Positions 9,246 to 18,496 of a stretch of DNA of 32,000 bases are shown piece by piece. Position numbers and translations under genes: made by a program. The first letter of the stretch is position 1, and each line of letters begins with the position of its first letter. The DNA comes from a bacterium (GTDB lineage: Bacteria; UBP14; UBA6098; B30-G16). The stretch covers positions 107,289 to 139,288 of the forward strand of contig JAUWMV010000001.1 in NCBI GenBank assembly GCA_030613005.1. The letters run 5' to 3'. The notes beneath the pieces are model-generated. The model was not told where the DNA came from. It was given only the letters and a program-made list of their open reading frames with translations, and searched no databases.

Positions 9246-10496
9246 ATGAGGTTTATAATAACTGTGCTTTTATGTGGGGTTCTTAGCTTGGCAAATGCAG
9301 AGAATTTATTGATATATATGGATGAAACACAATCGGATCATTTGAAAGCGTATGGTGTAACATACTGGTGCCTCGAAAAAGGATATAATGTAGAATGGCT
9401 TTTGAATTATCGGGGTGGAAGTTTCCTTACACCTGCTGGAGCGGATATCGAACAAACCTGCAAGGTTAGAGGTGTATCCTATGTAGTTGTTAGTGGTGGT
9501 CAGATTGCAGAAATTTATAACATAATTGAAAACTCCAATATGGAGGTCGTTCTTCTCGAGAAAGCACCAAAGATTGGCGTTTATGTACCACCAACGCATG
9601 ATCCATGGGATGATGCGGTGAGATTGGCTCTTGAATATGCAGAGATAAGATACGAAACGGTTTGGGACCCGGAAGTTATGCTCGGTAAGTTATCGGGATT
9701 CGACTGGCTTCATTTGCATCATGAGGATTTCACTGGTCAGTATGGCAAATTTTACGCTTCGTATCGAAGTGCGTTATGGTATCAAAGGGATGTAGCATTA
9801 AATCAAGAAACTGCGAGAAAACTGGGATTCGCTAAGGTTACCGAAATGAAAAAAGCAGTTGCAAGAAAAATTAAAGAATATGCTGCAAATGGTGGTTTTT
9901 TATTTGCCATGTGTTCTGCTACTGATTCATGGGACATAGCTCTTGCAGCGGAAAATTGTGATATTGTGGATGTTCCCTTCGATGGAGATCCGGTTGATGC
10001 CGATTATGAATCTAAACTTGATTTCTCAAAATGTATTGCATTTGAGAACTTTAAGCTTATACCGAATCCTATGATCTATGAATTCTCAGATATTGACATT
10101 CAACCGGATAGATTTGCAAGGGACAGAGACAAACGGTTCTTTAGGCTTTTTGATTTCTCAGCAAAATTTGATCCTGTTCCGACGATGTTGGTTCAAGATC
10201 ATACTTCTATTATAAAGGATTTCCTTGGACAAACTACTTCATTTAATTCTAAATGTATAAAAAAGAATGTTATTATTCTTGGACAATACGACGATGGTTC
10301 TGCAGCAAAATACTTGTATGGAAATATTGGCAAAGGTTTTTTTGTGTTTATGTCGGGTCATGATCCAGAGGATTATGCCCATTATATCGGTGATCCTCCA
10401 TCCGACCTTTCGTTATATAAAAATTCTCCAGGATACAGGTTGATTTTAAATAATGTTCTGTTTCCTGCAGCAGAAAAAAAGGAGAAAAAAACCTAA
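9246..10496 (+). CDS. Exported protein of uncertain function with ThuA/class-I-glutamine-amidotransferase-like features
   Basis: Start moved from track position 9192 to ATG 9246 because of the strong Shine-Dalgarno GGAGGAGAGG immediately upstream and the signal peptide MRFIITVLLCGVLSLANA. Contains a nucleophile-elbow-like GGFLFAMCSATDS and a C-terminal GKGFFVFMSGHDPEDYAH. Confidence 0.7.
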   Translation: MRFIITVLLCGVLSLANAENLLIYMDETQSDHLKAYGVTYWCLEKGYNVEWLLNYRGGSFLTPAGADIEQTCKVRGVSYVVVSGGQIAEIYNIIENSNMEVVLLEKAPKIGVYVPPTHDPWDDAVRLALEYAEIRYETVWDPEVMLGKLSGFDWLHLHHEDFTGQYGKFYASYRSALWYQRDVALNQETARKLGFAKVTEMKKAVARKIKEYAANGGFLFAMCSATDSWDIALAAENCDIVDVPFDGDPVDADYESKLDFSKCIAFENFKLIPNPMIYEFSDIDIQPDRFARDRDKRFFRLFDFSAKFDPVPTMLVQDHTSIIKDFLGQTTSFNSKCIKKNVIILGQYDDGSAAKYLYGNIGKGFFVFMSGHDPEDYAHYIGDPPSDLSLYKNSPGYRLILNNVLFPAAEKKEKKT

Positions 10497-10497
10497 G

Positions 10498-11091
10498 ATG
10501 AAATTTTCAGAAAATAAAATATTCTCATTTAATACATTACCTTGGTTTTTTCCTCAGAGATTAAAACTGATAAGGTGTTTACTATTAGTTTTTTTGCTTT
10601 TTTCTTTTTTAGGTATTTCTTGCGAAAGAGATGATCTTGCTCATGGGAAAAGGAAACCTCAGAATAAAGCAGAATTGGAGCAGGCAAAAATTATTTTCAC
10701 AGAAGAGGGAATGCTTCAAGCTATATTGGATGCAGATAAAATGGAAACTCGCGGTAGTATTATTTGGGGTTGGAATATTAATGTCAAATTTTATCAACCT
10801 AAGGATAGTATACCAAACGGAGGTATGTTGGCAGATTCTGGCTATGTAGGGCAGGGAGTAGGTCGTCGTAGAATGGTTTCAGTATTTGGCAATGTATCCT
10901 TAGAAGCTCCGGATGGCACAAAGTTATATTCCGACTCACTTCGATGGAATCCACAAAAAGGACAGGTGGAAAGCGGATCAAAAGTAAAAGTTGTTCGTGG
11001 TAATGAGATTATTAAAGGGATCGGATTTACCTCAGACCCAAATTTTGAGAAAATACGAGTTAAAAACGTAAGTGGTACAATTTCGGGATGA
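10498..11091 (+). CDS. LptC-like LPS-export periplasmic/lipoprotein component (OstA/LptC superfamily)
   Basis: N-terminal hydrophobic segment ending in a lipobox-like LGISC. Downstream segments ADKMETRG..., VSVFGNVSLEAPDGTKLYSDSLRWNPQKGQVESGSKVKVVRGNEIIKGIGFTSDPNFEKIRVKNVSG fit LptC/OstA beta-jellyroll repeats. GGAG lies upstream of ATG 10498, and ATGA coupling to lptB follows. Confidence 0.75.
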   Translation: MKFSENKIFSFNTLPWFFPQRLKLIRCLLLVFLLFSFLGISCERDDLAHGKRKPQNKAELEQAKIIFTEEGMLQAILDADKMETRGSIIWGWNINVKFYQPKDSIPNGGMLADSGYVGQGVGRRRMVSVFGNVSLEAPDGTKLYSDSLRWNPQKGQVESGSKVKVVRGNEIIKGIGFTSDPNFEKIRVKNVSGTISG

Positions 11092-11858
11092 TGTCTACTA
11101 TGACTTCGAATAGAGAAACTTCAAATATGGACTCGATCAATATTTTGCGAACGGAAGGACTTAAGAAAAATTTTGGCAAGAAAGCTGCCGTTCAGGGCAT
11201 CGACTTGGTAGTTAGTCCAAGTGAGGTTGTGGGTCTTCTCGGTCCTAATGGTGCAGGAAAAACTACAACTTTTCACATGATAACAGGACTTATTCGACCG
11301 AATGCAGGAAGAGTTTATTTAGGTGGAAATGACATAACAAGAATGCCAATGTACAAACGCGCTCGAAAAGGCATAACATACTTACCTCAGGAGCCATCAG
11401 TTTTCAGAACGCTAACAGTTGAGGAAAATCTTATGGCAGTTCTTGAATTCATGGAAAAGGATAAAAAAGCTCGAAAACCGAGGATTGAAAAACTCCTCCA
11501 AGAACTCGACATAATTCATGTTCGAAAACAAAAGGCGTACACCTTGTCCGGTGGAGAACGAAGGCGTGTAGAAATTGCTCGATCGCTTTGTGCTGATCCG
11601 GAATATTTCCTTCTCGATGAACCATTTTCGGGCATCGATCCGATTGTTGTAAGGGAGATTCAGAAGTTGATTATTGGACTTAAAGAGATGGGCATTGGAG
11701 TGCTTATTACAGATCATAACGTCCGAGAAGTGCTGTCAATCGTGGATCGAGCTTACATTATTTTCGAGGGTAGAGTTCTCATCGAGGGTTCATCGGAATT
11801 CCTGCTAAGCGATAAAAAAGCTCGGGAGATTTACTTAGGTCCGAAGTTTAGGATGTAA
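11088..11858 (+). CDS. lptB: LPS export ABC transporter ATP-binding protein LptB
   Basis: GLLGPNGAGKTTTFHMITGLIRPNAGRVYL, YLPQEPSVFRTLTVEEN, TLSGGERRRVEIARSL, FLLDEPFSGIDPI and LITDHNVREVLSIVDRAY are all LptB-type. Confidence 0.95.
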   Translation: MMSTMTSNRETSNMDSINILRTEGLKKNFGKKAAVQGIDLVVSPSEVVGLLGPNGAGKTTTFHMITGLIRPNAGRVYLGGNDITRMPMYKRARKGITYLPQEPSVFRTLTVEENLMAVLEFMEKDKKARKPRIEKLLQELDIIHVRKQKAYTLSGGERRRVEIARSLCADPEYFLLDEPFSGIDPIVVREIQKLIIGLKEMGIGVLITDHNVREVLSIVDRAYIIFEGRVLIEGSSEFLLSDKKAREIYLGPKFRM

Positions 11859-12011
11859 TTTTTTTTAAAAAAAGTATCATTTCCTTACAATCGCTTGTTG
11901 GGTTGATGTAGAAATAAGACTATTGGATATAAGATTATCAAATATACACAAAACATTTTTAAGATTTGAATCTTAATTAGAATAATTTAAATTGCTAAAA
12001 GAGAACATTTC

Positions 12012-12039
12012 TTGAAATATTAATTCTGATCTGTATATT
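12012..12039 (+). promoter_or_regulatory. Candidate sigma70-like promoter for mazEF (TTGAAA-N16-TATATT)
   Basis: -35-like TTGAAA at 12012-12017 and -10-like TATATT at 12034-12039, upstream of the mazE RBS (TGGAGG) and ATG 12071. Confidence 0.3.
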
Positions 12040-12070
12040 CATTGTAGACACATTTTATACTGGAGGATCT

Positions 12071-12313
12071 ATGTTTGTTAAAATACAGAAGTGGGGGAAC
12101 AGCTTAGCTCTCAGAATCCCAAAGGCTTTTACTCGTGAAATAAATATTGAAGATGGTTCGAAAGTAAATCTTGTTTTAGAGGATGGGAAATTGATGATTA
12201 TACCCATGGAATTGAAACATTGTAAACTTTCCGAACTCCTTTTGCAGATACATGAAAATAACTTACACGGTGAAGTCGATACAAAAGGTCCTGTGGGCAA
12301 AGAATCATGGTAA
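12071..12313 (+). CDS. mazE: MazE-type AbrB/SpoVT antitoxin
   Basis: KIQKWGNSLALRIPKAFTREINIEDGSKVNL (swapped-hairpin DNA-binding domain) and the C-terminal MazF-binding type tail ENNLHGEVDTKGPVGKESW. Confidence 0.9.
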   Translation: MFVKIQKWGNSLALRIPKAFTREINIEDGSKVNLVLEDGKLMIIPMELKHCKLSELLLQIHENNLHGEVDTKGPVGKESW

Positions 12314-12640
12314 GGAACGCTTTCTATCTACCCGACAGAGGTGATGACATTTGAACCGCATGAAGGGCACGAGCAGAGCGGTCGCAGACCAGCCATAGTT
12401 ATCTCTCCCAGAGCATACAATTCTAAAGTTGGTCTTGCTCTATTTTGTCCCATAACCTCTCGAATAAAGGGCTATCCTTTTGAAGTGCAGCTTCCCCCAA
12501 AAGGTGTCATTACTGGTGTCATTCTCTCCGACCAAGTAAAAAGTTTAGATTGGTATGTAAGAAGCGCAGAATTCGTCTGTAAGGTACACGAAAATGTGGT
12601 TTTCGAAGTTCTTGAGAAAATAAGAACTCTCATCGATTAG
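12307..12640 (+). pseudogene. mazF: MazF-family endoribonuclease toxin gene with frameshifting deletion near the 5' end; residual ORF 12341-12640
   Basis: ATG 12307 overlaps the mazE stop and encodes MVRNAFYLPDRGDDI* (TGA 12352-12354). The remaining body in another frame, TFEPHEGHEQSGRRPAIVISPRAYNSKVG...GYPFEVQLP...SDQVKSLDW, is clearly MazF. Confidence 0.75.
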
Positions 12641-12655
12641 AAGACTTCTAATTGA
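12633..12655. repeat. Near-perfect palindrome TCGATTAGAAG-A-CTTCTAATTGA overlapping the mazF stop
   Basis: 11-bp arms with one mismatch around a 1-nt centre, in the gap between convergent mazF and dnaJ. May act as a weak terminator or a binding site. Confidence 0.4.
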
Positions 12656-12798
12656 ATAATCAATGTCTAATCCCTAAGATAGACTCATGCAAATTTCTTA
12701 CTTTGGAAGTAATTTTAAAATGTTTAGCTTGTTTAACTCGCAAATGAAATACGCAATATCTATTTGCATTACACACCACAATACTCATAGGTTTGATT

Positions 12799-13881
12799 TT
12801 ATATTCCAGCCATTTCCTTGTCTAATTTCTTAAGGATTTCTTCCTGTTCGGGTGAAATTTTCTCAGGGATCTTATAACTAATCTCGACAATTAAATCACC
12901 GACATGAGAACCTCTTGCCACGCCCATTTCCGGTATGCGTAATTTTGCACCAGGTTTAGTTCCCGGTGGTATTTTCACGGTAATCGTTTTTCCAATTGGA
13001 TGGTGAATTTTAACTTTCGAACCTAATAAAGCCTTCGTGAAGGGAATAGTTATATGGGCGATTAAATTGTCTCCTTTGATTTCGAAAGTCCGACCAGACT
13101 TAACGTAAACAGTTACATAAAGATCTCCCGGCGGAGCACCAAAAAATCCTGGAGAACCAAGACTTCTTAATCGTAAAGTCTGTCCGTTGACAGTTCCGGG
13201 AGGGATGCGAACATTAACTTTTCTTTGGGTTTGAATTGTTCCAGTGCCGCCGCAAGCTGAACATTTTCTCTCAGATATCGATCCTTTTCCAAGACATGTG
13301 GGGCAAACTTTTTGGACAGCATACATTCCTTGTTGAATATTTATGAAACCTCGACCACTACAAGTGGGACATTTGTTAGTTTTAGTTCCGGGTTCTGCAC
13401 CTGTGCCACCGCATCGAGGACAGGTCTCCTGAATTGGAACAACGATGCTCTTCTGTCCTCCCTTGAATGCAATATTAAATGGAATATCCACAGCGGTTTG
13501 AAGGTCGTTTCCTTTTTGCGGTGTTTTTCTGCTCCGATGCACTCCTCCACCGAACAGATCACTGAAAATGTCACCTATGTTAATCCCACCGAATAGATCA
13601 CCGAAATCAAATTTTTGACCACCTCGAGCCTGTTGCCATCTATAATCACGACCTGCACCGAAAGGAATCCCGCCTTTTCGCATTAGGTCGTATTGTTCAC
13701 GCTTCTTGGGGTCGGTGAGAACTTCATAAGCTTCGCCAATTTGCTTGAATCTTTCCTCTGCCGACTTGTCATTAGGATTTTTATCAGGATGGAATTTTTT
13801 AGCGAGTCTTCGGTAAGCCTTCTTAATTTCATCTGCAGAAGCTTTTTCAGTAACACCAAGAATTTGGTAATAATCCTTCAT
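12799..13881 (-). CDS. dnaJ: Chaperone DnaJ
   Basis: J domain with HPD (KKFHPDKNP), G/F-rich linker, four CxxCxGxG-type zinc modules and a C-terminal substrate-binding domain. Confidence 0.96.
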   Translation of the reverse strand: MKDYYQILGVTEKASADEIKKAYRRLAKKFHPDKNPNDKSAEERFKQIGEAYEVLTDPKKREQYDLMRKGGIPFGAGRDYRWQQARGGQKFDFGDLFGGINIGDIFSDLFGGGVHRSRKTPQKGNDLQTAVDIPFNIAFKGGQKSIVVPIQETCPRCGGTGAEPGTKTNKCPTCSGRGFINIQQGMYAVQKVCPTCLGKGSISERKCSACGGTGTIQTQRKVNVRIPPGTVNGQTLRLRSLGSPGFFGAPPGDLYVTVYVKSGRTFEIKGDNLIAHITIPFTKALLGSKVKIHHPIGKTITVKIPPGTKPGAKLRIPEMGVARGSHVGDLIVEISYKIPEKISPEQEEILKKLDKEMAGI

Positions 13882-13883
13882 AT

Positions 13884-14558
13884 TTACCTTCGTCTTGAAA
13901 GTACGAGAAGTCTCAAAAGATTTACAATAGCCATTAATGTCGCAGCAACGTAAGTCATTGCTGCAGCTCTAAGAACATTTCTCGCACCAGAAATTTCCTC
14001 GGGAGTTAATATTCCAAGCTCGGGAAGAATTTTCAAAGCTCTTGCTGAAGCATCGAACTCCACAGGCAATGTAATCAAATGAAAAGCAACAGCCGCAGCA
14101 AAGAAAACAATTCCAATATTCATTAATACTGGAATTTGTGCAATAAAGCCTATGAAAAACAAAGGAAAAGCTAAATTGGTACCCAATGAAACAACAGGAA
14201 CAATGCTATTTCTTATTGCGAGAGGAGAATAATGTTTCGCATGCTGGATAGCATGTCCACATTCATGTGCTGCGATTCCAACAGCTGCAACGGAATCGAT
14301 ATCGAATACACCCGGTGAAAGACGGAGAACTTTTTTTTTGGGATCATAATGATCACCAAGATTCCTGTTTGTTCGCTCGATTCTTAGTTTAAGACCTTTA
14401 GCTCGAAGAATCATAGTCGCAGCTTCCGAGCCAGTAACTCTGCGTTTGGTTTCCACTCTCGACCATTTTCTATATTCTTTTCTAATTCTGCTCTGTGACC
14501 ATAATGCCAATATAATTGCAGGGATTAACATTAAAATTGTTGAGTCTAGGAAATACAT
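13884..14558 (-). CDS. YugP-like membrane zinc metallopeptidase
   Basis: [24 protein letters not shown] (HExxH-type) within a multi-TM protein, plus [13 protein letters not shown]. Sits 2 bp upstream of dnaJ in the same orientation. Confidence 0.87.
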   Translation of the reverse strand: MYFLDSTILMLIPAIILALWSQSRIRKEYRKWSRVETKRRVTGSEAATMILRAKGLKLRIERTNRNLGDHYDPKKKVLRLSPGVFDIDSVAAVGIAAHECGHAIQHAKHYSPLAIRNSIVPVVSLGTNLAFPLFFIGFIAQIPVLMNIGIVFFAAAVAFHLITLPVEFDASARALKILPELGILTPEEISGARNVLRAAAMTYVAATLMAIVNLLRLLVLSRRR

Positions 14559-14729
14559 AAATCTCCTTCTTAAAAATAAATATTTAATTCAGTCGTTATA
14601 TCAAATCAAGCCATTTTTACTTAATCTATTTAGGAAAAAATAGTTGCCACATATTATACATATTTAGATATTAAATATTCGTATTAATATCAGTTTAAAT
14701 TATTCGAATCCAATTTGAAAGGTTATTTA

Positions 14730-16055
14730 ATGAAAATCCTAAAAAATGAAAATGCAAGTTTGAATATATTTGGCAAGTATTTCTTTGTTTCAATTTTTAT
14801 TTTATTTTTTGTTGTTATACTCTATGCAAAGCAAAAAAACCCAACGTATTTTTTCCCACCGTTTAAACATACTTGGGGTATTCATAAAGGCACGGAAGAA
14901 AACCTTGACATGCTGCTCGGGAATAAAACAGATTTTGATGATCCACAAGGAATAACTGTAGTAAAACTTAAACAATGGGATGATCCAAATTCAAAAAAGG
15001 ATGATGATGAGGTTACCGTTTACGGAGTTAATTCTGGACGTTGTCAGATTATTTATAACAAATCTATGTATGGTTTAGCTATTTATGGAAGTTGTGGCAG
15101 AGGAAAAGGGCAGTTCCGAACGCCAAAAGGTATTACTGCCACCGAAAACGGTGATGTTTATGTTGCAGATTATGGCAATGGAAGAATTGTGCATTTGAGG
15201 ATGCCAAAAGACAAACTAATCTGGGTAAAAAGCTTTGGGGAAAAGTATCTTAAAGCTCCCTTCGACATTGCATCGATACCTGGAGATACTTTATATATAA
15301 CAGATTTCAAAAAGAACTCGGTTTTAGTCTTCGATTCATCTGGTTCACTTATTAAAGAATTCACCGGGTTTTATGGACCTAAAGGAATAGATGTGGATGC
15401 TCATACGATTAAATGGTCTGCATACAAAGGGGATTATTTTGTTGTTATAGATTCATTTGGAAAGAGAATTCTGAAAATAAATCGAACCAATGGTAAAATT
15501 GATAAAATCGTTAGAACAAATTCTATAGGATTATCTGGGTCCAAACTTCAATATTTAGCATTGGATTATCTTGGAAATGTTCACGTTACAGACTATAATC
15601 GCTGCCAATTACACAAGTTCGATAAAGATTTGAAATACATAACTTCGTTTGGTAGTTGCGGTTATAAGGATGAACAACTCGATCAACCAAGAGGAATTAC
15701 TATATGGAAGAGATTCGGACAAATATTTGTTTCCGAAAGAGCTACTGCACAATATTTCTGGATTGGTTTGGAAGTGAAAGAATTCAGATTTACTCACAAT
15801 AATAATGATAATTCTGTTACCGTTTCTTTTTTCATAACCGAAACAGCTTACGTTAAAGCTCGAATCATAGGTAAAGGAGTCGATCTTTCATTATGGAAAA
15901 GGAAGAAGCGTGTCGATCTGGGTGGATATGAGGAAAAGATAGCTTTACCTGTTGGATTAGATTCGGGTAATTATAAAATTGTATTTGAATTCGAACCTAC
16001 GTATAGCTCTCGAAATTATTTAGAGAAAACTATCACGAGAAAGATAAAAATTTAA
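14730..16055 (+). CDS. NHL/6-bladed beta-propeller repeat protein, membrane-anchored or exported
   Basis: Repeated FRTPKGITATENGDVYVADYGNGRIVHLR, FYGPKGIDVDA...FVVIDSFGKRILKINR and LDQPRGITIWKRFGQIFVSE units, with an N-terminal TM segment. ATG 14730 is preferred over TTG 14715 because GAAAGG sits upstream. Confidence 0.8.
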   Translation: MKILKNENASLNIFGKYFFVSIFILFFVVILYAKQKNPTYFFPPFKHTWGIHKGTEENLDMLLGNKTDFDDPQGITVVKLKQWDDPNSKKDDDEVTVYGVNSGRCQIIYNKSMYGLAIYGSCGRGKGQFRTPKGITATENGDVYVADYGNGRIVHLRMPKDKLIWVKSFGEKYLKAPFDIASIPGDTLYITDFKKNSVLVFDSSGSLIKEFTGFYGPKGIDVDAHTIKWSAYKGDYFVVIDSFGKRILKINRTNGKIDKIVRTNSIGLSGSKLQYLALDYLGNVHVTDYNRCQLHKFDKDLKYITSFGSCGYKDEQLDQPRGITIWKRFGQIFVSERATAQYFWIGLEVKEFRFTHNNNDNSVTVSFFITETAYVKARIIGKGVDLSLWKRKKRVDLGGYEEKIALPVGLDSGNYKIVFEFEPTYSSRNYLEKTITRKIKI

Positions 16056-16062
16056 GCACCTT

Positions 16063-17436
16063 ATGGCCGAAAAGCTGAAAATCAACGATGTTAGAAATAT
16101 TGTCCCAGAGAAAATGGTGTATGGTGGCAGTTCGATTGCAAGAATTCAAAACCAGACTGTATTTGTGTATGGTGCTCTTCCGAAAGAGAACATTCAAGCC
16201 AGAATTTATCGGAAGCGAAAAGGTGTTTTTTATGCCGAGACAATTAATGTATCAAATCCCTCAAAAGATAGAATAGATTCGCAGTGTCCTCATTTTGGTG
16301 AGTGTGGAGGTTGTACTTGGCAACATATCGATTATCAAGCTCAACTAAAGTACAAGCAGCAAATTTTTGAGGATGTTCTTTCGAGAATCGCTGGGGTAAA
16401 AGATACCGAAGTTGGGAAAATTGTTCCTTCCCCATTGGAATTTGGCTATCGTAATAAAATGGAATTCTCGTTCGGAAAGAACTCAGAAGGGATATTCATT
16501 GGACATCATAGAAGAGGTAGATACGATCAATTATTACCAACTGCAAAGGATTGCCTTTTAGTGCCAGAAAAAGTAAGGGAAATTGTTTCTAATGTCGAAG
16601 AAATGGCTCAGGAGGAGGAAGCACACGATCCCAGAACAGGTTCAGGATACCTTCGATTTTTCAATGTCCGATGGAGTTTTCACGAAGAACAGGCAATTCT
16701 TGGTATTACAATAACTCAAGATATCGATTTAAAGATTTTCAAATCATGGTTTATCGATCTTGCTGAAAAGTTCCCAGGTGTTATTGCAGGAGGTTATGTT
16801 TCGATTAATTATGCTGGGAGCAGTTCTATAGGCATATTTCACTCTTTATTCGGTAACACAGAATTTATCGAGAGAATTGGAGAAAAATCTTACGTTGTTG
16901 GTGCAATGTCTTTCTTTCAAACTAATCCAATAGGAGCAAAAATACTGTTCGATTTTGCGAGGGAATTTGCAGATCTGAGAGGAAATAAACGCTTATGGGA
17001 TCTTTACTGTGGTGCTGGAACGATAGGCATTTATTTAAGCGATGCTGCTGCTTTTGTTCTTGGGATAGAGAACGAAGAATCTGCGATAGCTTGCGCAAAA
17101 ATTAACGCTGAGCTTAATAATGTAGGAAAAAAAGTAATTTTTCAGTATGGTGATGTAGCAAAAGTACTTTTAGAAATCAGAGAAAAAAGGATTTATGAAA
17201 AACCGGATTGCATTGTAATCGATCCTCCAAGAGCAGGTTTACCGAGCAAAACAGTTCGAAGAATTATGAAATTTGCACCGAAGAGAATTATATACATAAC
17301 ATGTAATCCCAGTACATTTGCAAGAGATATTTCTATGTTCGCGGGATATGGTTATTCCTTAATCAGAGTACAACCTGTGGATATGTTTCCGCAAACTTAT
17401 CATATCGAAGCTGTTGGATTACTTAAACAAAGTTAG
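16063..17436 (+). CDS. rlmD: 23S rRNA (uracil-5-)-methyltransferase, RlmD/RumA/TrmA family
   Basis: TRAM-like N-terminus, Fe-S cysteines (CPHFGECGGCTWQH ... DCLL), SAM motif LWDLYCGAGTIGIYL and catalytic ITCNPSTFARD. The exact target (RlmD vs RlmCD) is not resolved from sequence. Confidence 0.85.
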   Translation: MAEKLKINDVRNIVPEKMVYGGSSIARIQNQTVFVYGALPKENIQARIYRKRKGVFYAETINVSNPSKDRIDSQCPHFGECGGCTWQHIDYQAQLKYKQQIFEDVLSRIAGVKDTEVGKIVPSPLEFGYRNKMEFSFGKNSEGIFIGHHRRGRYDQLLPTAKDCLLVPEKVREIVSNVEEMAQEEEAHDPRTGSGYLRFFNVRWSFHEEQAILGITITQDIDLKIFKSWFIDLAEKFPGVIAGGYVSINYAGSSSIGIFHSLFGNTEFIERIGEKSYVVGAMSFFQTNPIGAKILFDFAREFADLRGNKRLWDLYCGAGTIGIYLSDAAAFVLGIENEESAIACAKINAELNNVGKKVIFQYGDVAKVLLEIREKRIYEKPDCIVIDPPRAGLPSKTVRRIMKFAPKRIIYITCNPSTFARDISMFAGYGYSLIRVQPVDMFPQTYHIEAVGLLKQS

Positions 17437-17530
17437 AATAATTAGTTATACATCATTACTTCTCTCTTAACAAAATATTATTAATGCATCTGTTTCTTGC
17501 TATTGGTCATAATTAGTTTATATTTATGTT

Positions 17531-18430
17531 GTGGAATTGAAATTAGAGAAATTGCAAGAATTATTCAACGATTATCTTTTTTCGGAGCTGTCGAATTCGG
17601 AAAATACAAGGGATGCATATAAGAGAGACATTGCAAGATTTACTGAATTCGCTAATATACGAGGAATCGAGAAACCTTCGAATCTAACAAGAGGATTTGC
17701 AAATTCGTATGTTAGATTTCTCAATGAATTGGGTTTGGCTTCCGGTTCAGTGGCAAGAAATATTTCCGCTCTTCGTTCTTTTTGGAAATTTCTTATCATT
17801 AACGGTTTTTCGCAGAACGATCCTCTCGAGAGTATTCAAATAGATAAAATAACGAGAAAAATTCCTGAAGTACTCTCAATAAATGATATCAACACAATTC
17901 TTGATCGAATAGATATTGGGAACGAATTAGGTTTAAGAGATAAAGCTCTTATTGAATTTATGTATGCCACAGGAGCTCGCGTTTCAGAAGTTATAGATTT
18001 TAAACTCCAAAATTTTCGTTCAGATGCTGGTTTTGTAAAACTATTTGGGAAAGGCTCAAAGGAACGTTTTGTGCCTATTGGAAAGGAATCTATATATTGG
18101 ATAGAAAAGTATATTAGGGATGGCAGAAATCGGTTGACAAAACCTAATTCAGGGGGATTCATTTTCCTCAACCATCGAGGTGGTAAGTTATCGAGGATGG
18201 GTATTTGGAAAATTGTCAAGAAATGGGTTGATAAAGCAGGAATTGAAAAAGAAGTCCACCCGCATACAATAAGACACAGTTTTGCTACGCATCTTCTGGA
18301 AGGAGGAGCGGATTTGCGAGCAGTTCAGGAGATGCTTGGTCACGAAAGTGTTGCGACAACTCAAATTTATACACATCTTTCTCTTAACAGGATAGAAACC
18401 GTTTATCATAGTTGTTATCCAAGAGGTTGA
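17531..18430 (+). CDS. Tyrosine recombinase XerC/XerD
   Basis: ATGARVSEVIDF, HPHTIRHSFATHLLEGGADLRAVQEMLGHESVATTQIYTHL contain the R/H-x-x-R/H/Y catalytic set. About 299 aa. Confidence 0.92.
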   Translation: MELKLEKLQELFNDYLFSELSNSENTRDAYKRDIARFTEFANIRGIEKPSNLTRGFANSYVRFLNELGLASGSVARNISALRSFWKFLIINGFSQNDPLESIQIDKITRKIPEVLSINDINTILDRIDIGNELGLRDKALIEFMYATGARVSEVIDFKLQNFRSDAGFVKLFGKGSKERFVPIGKESIYWIEKYIRDGRNRLTKPNSGGFIFLNHRGGKLSRMGIWKIVKKWVDKAGIEKEVHPHTIRHSFATHLLEGGADLRAVQEMLGHESVATTQIYTHLSLNRIETVYHSCYPRG

Positions 18431-18496
18431 TATAACTCAGTAGTATTTTAGTTTACATTTTGAGGAAGGACTTCACATCGATTATGAGGTTAAGAT

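Noticed and set aside
11859-11880. T-run followed by A-run after lptB as a possible terminator
   Set aside because: Stem would be purely A/T and very weak. Likely just low-complexity intergenic DNA.
12071-12640. mazEF as part of a larger defence or mobile island
   Set aside because: Flanks are housekeeping genes (lptB and dnaJ) with no integrase, transposase, direct repeats or tRNA target. Treated as an isolated toxin-antitoxin pair.
17531-18430. Tyrosine recombinase as evidence for an integrative element
   Set aside because: Length, motifs and housekeeping surroundings fit chromosomal XerC/XerD. No attachment-site repeats or cargo genes seen.
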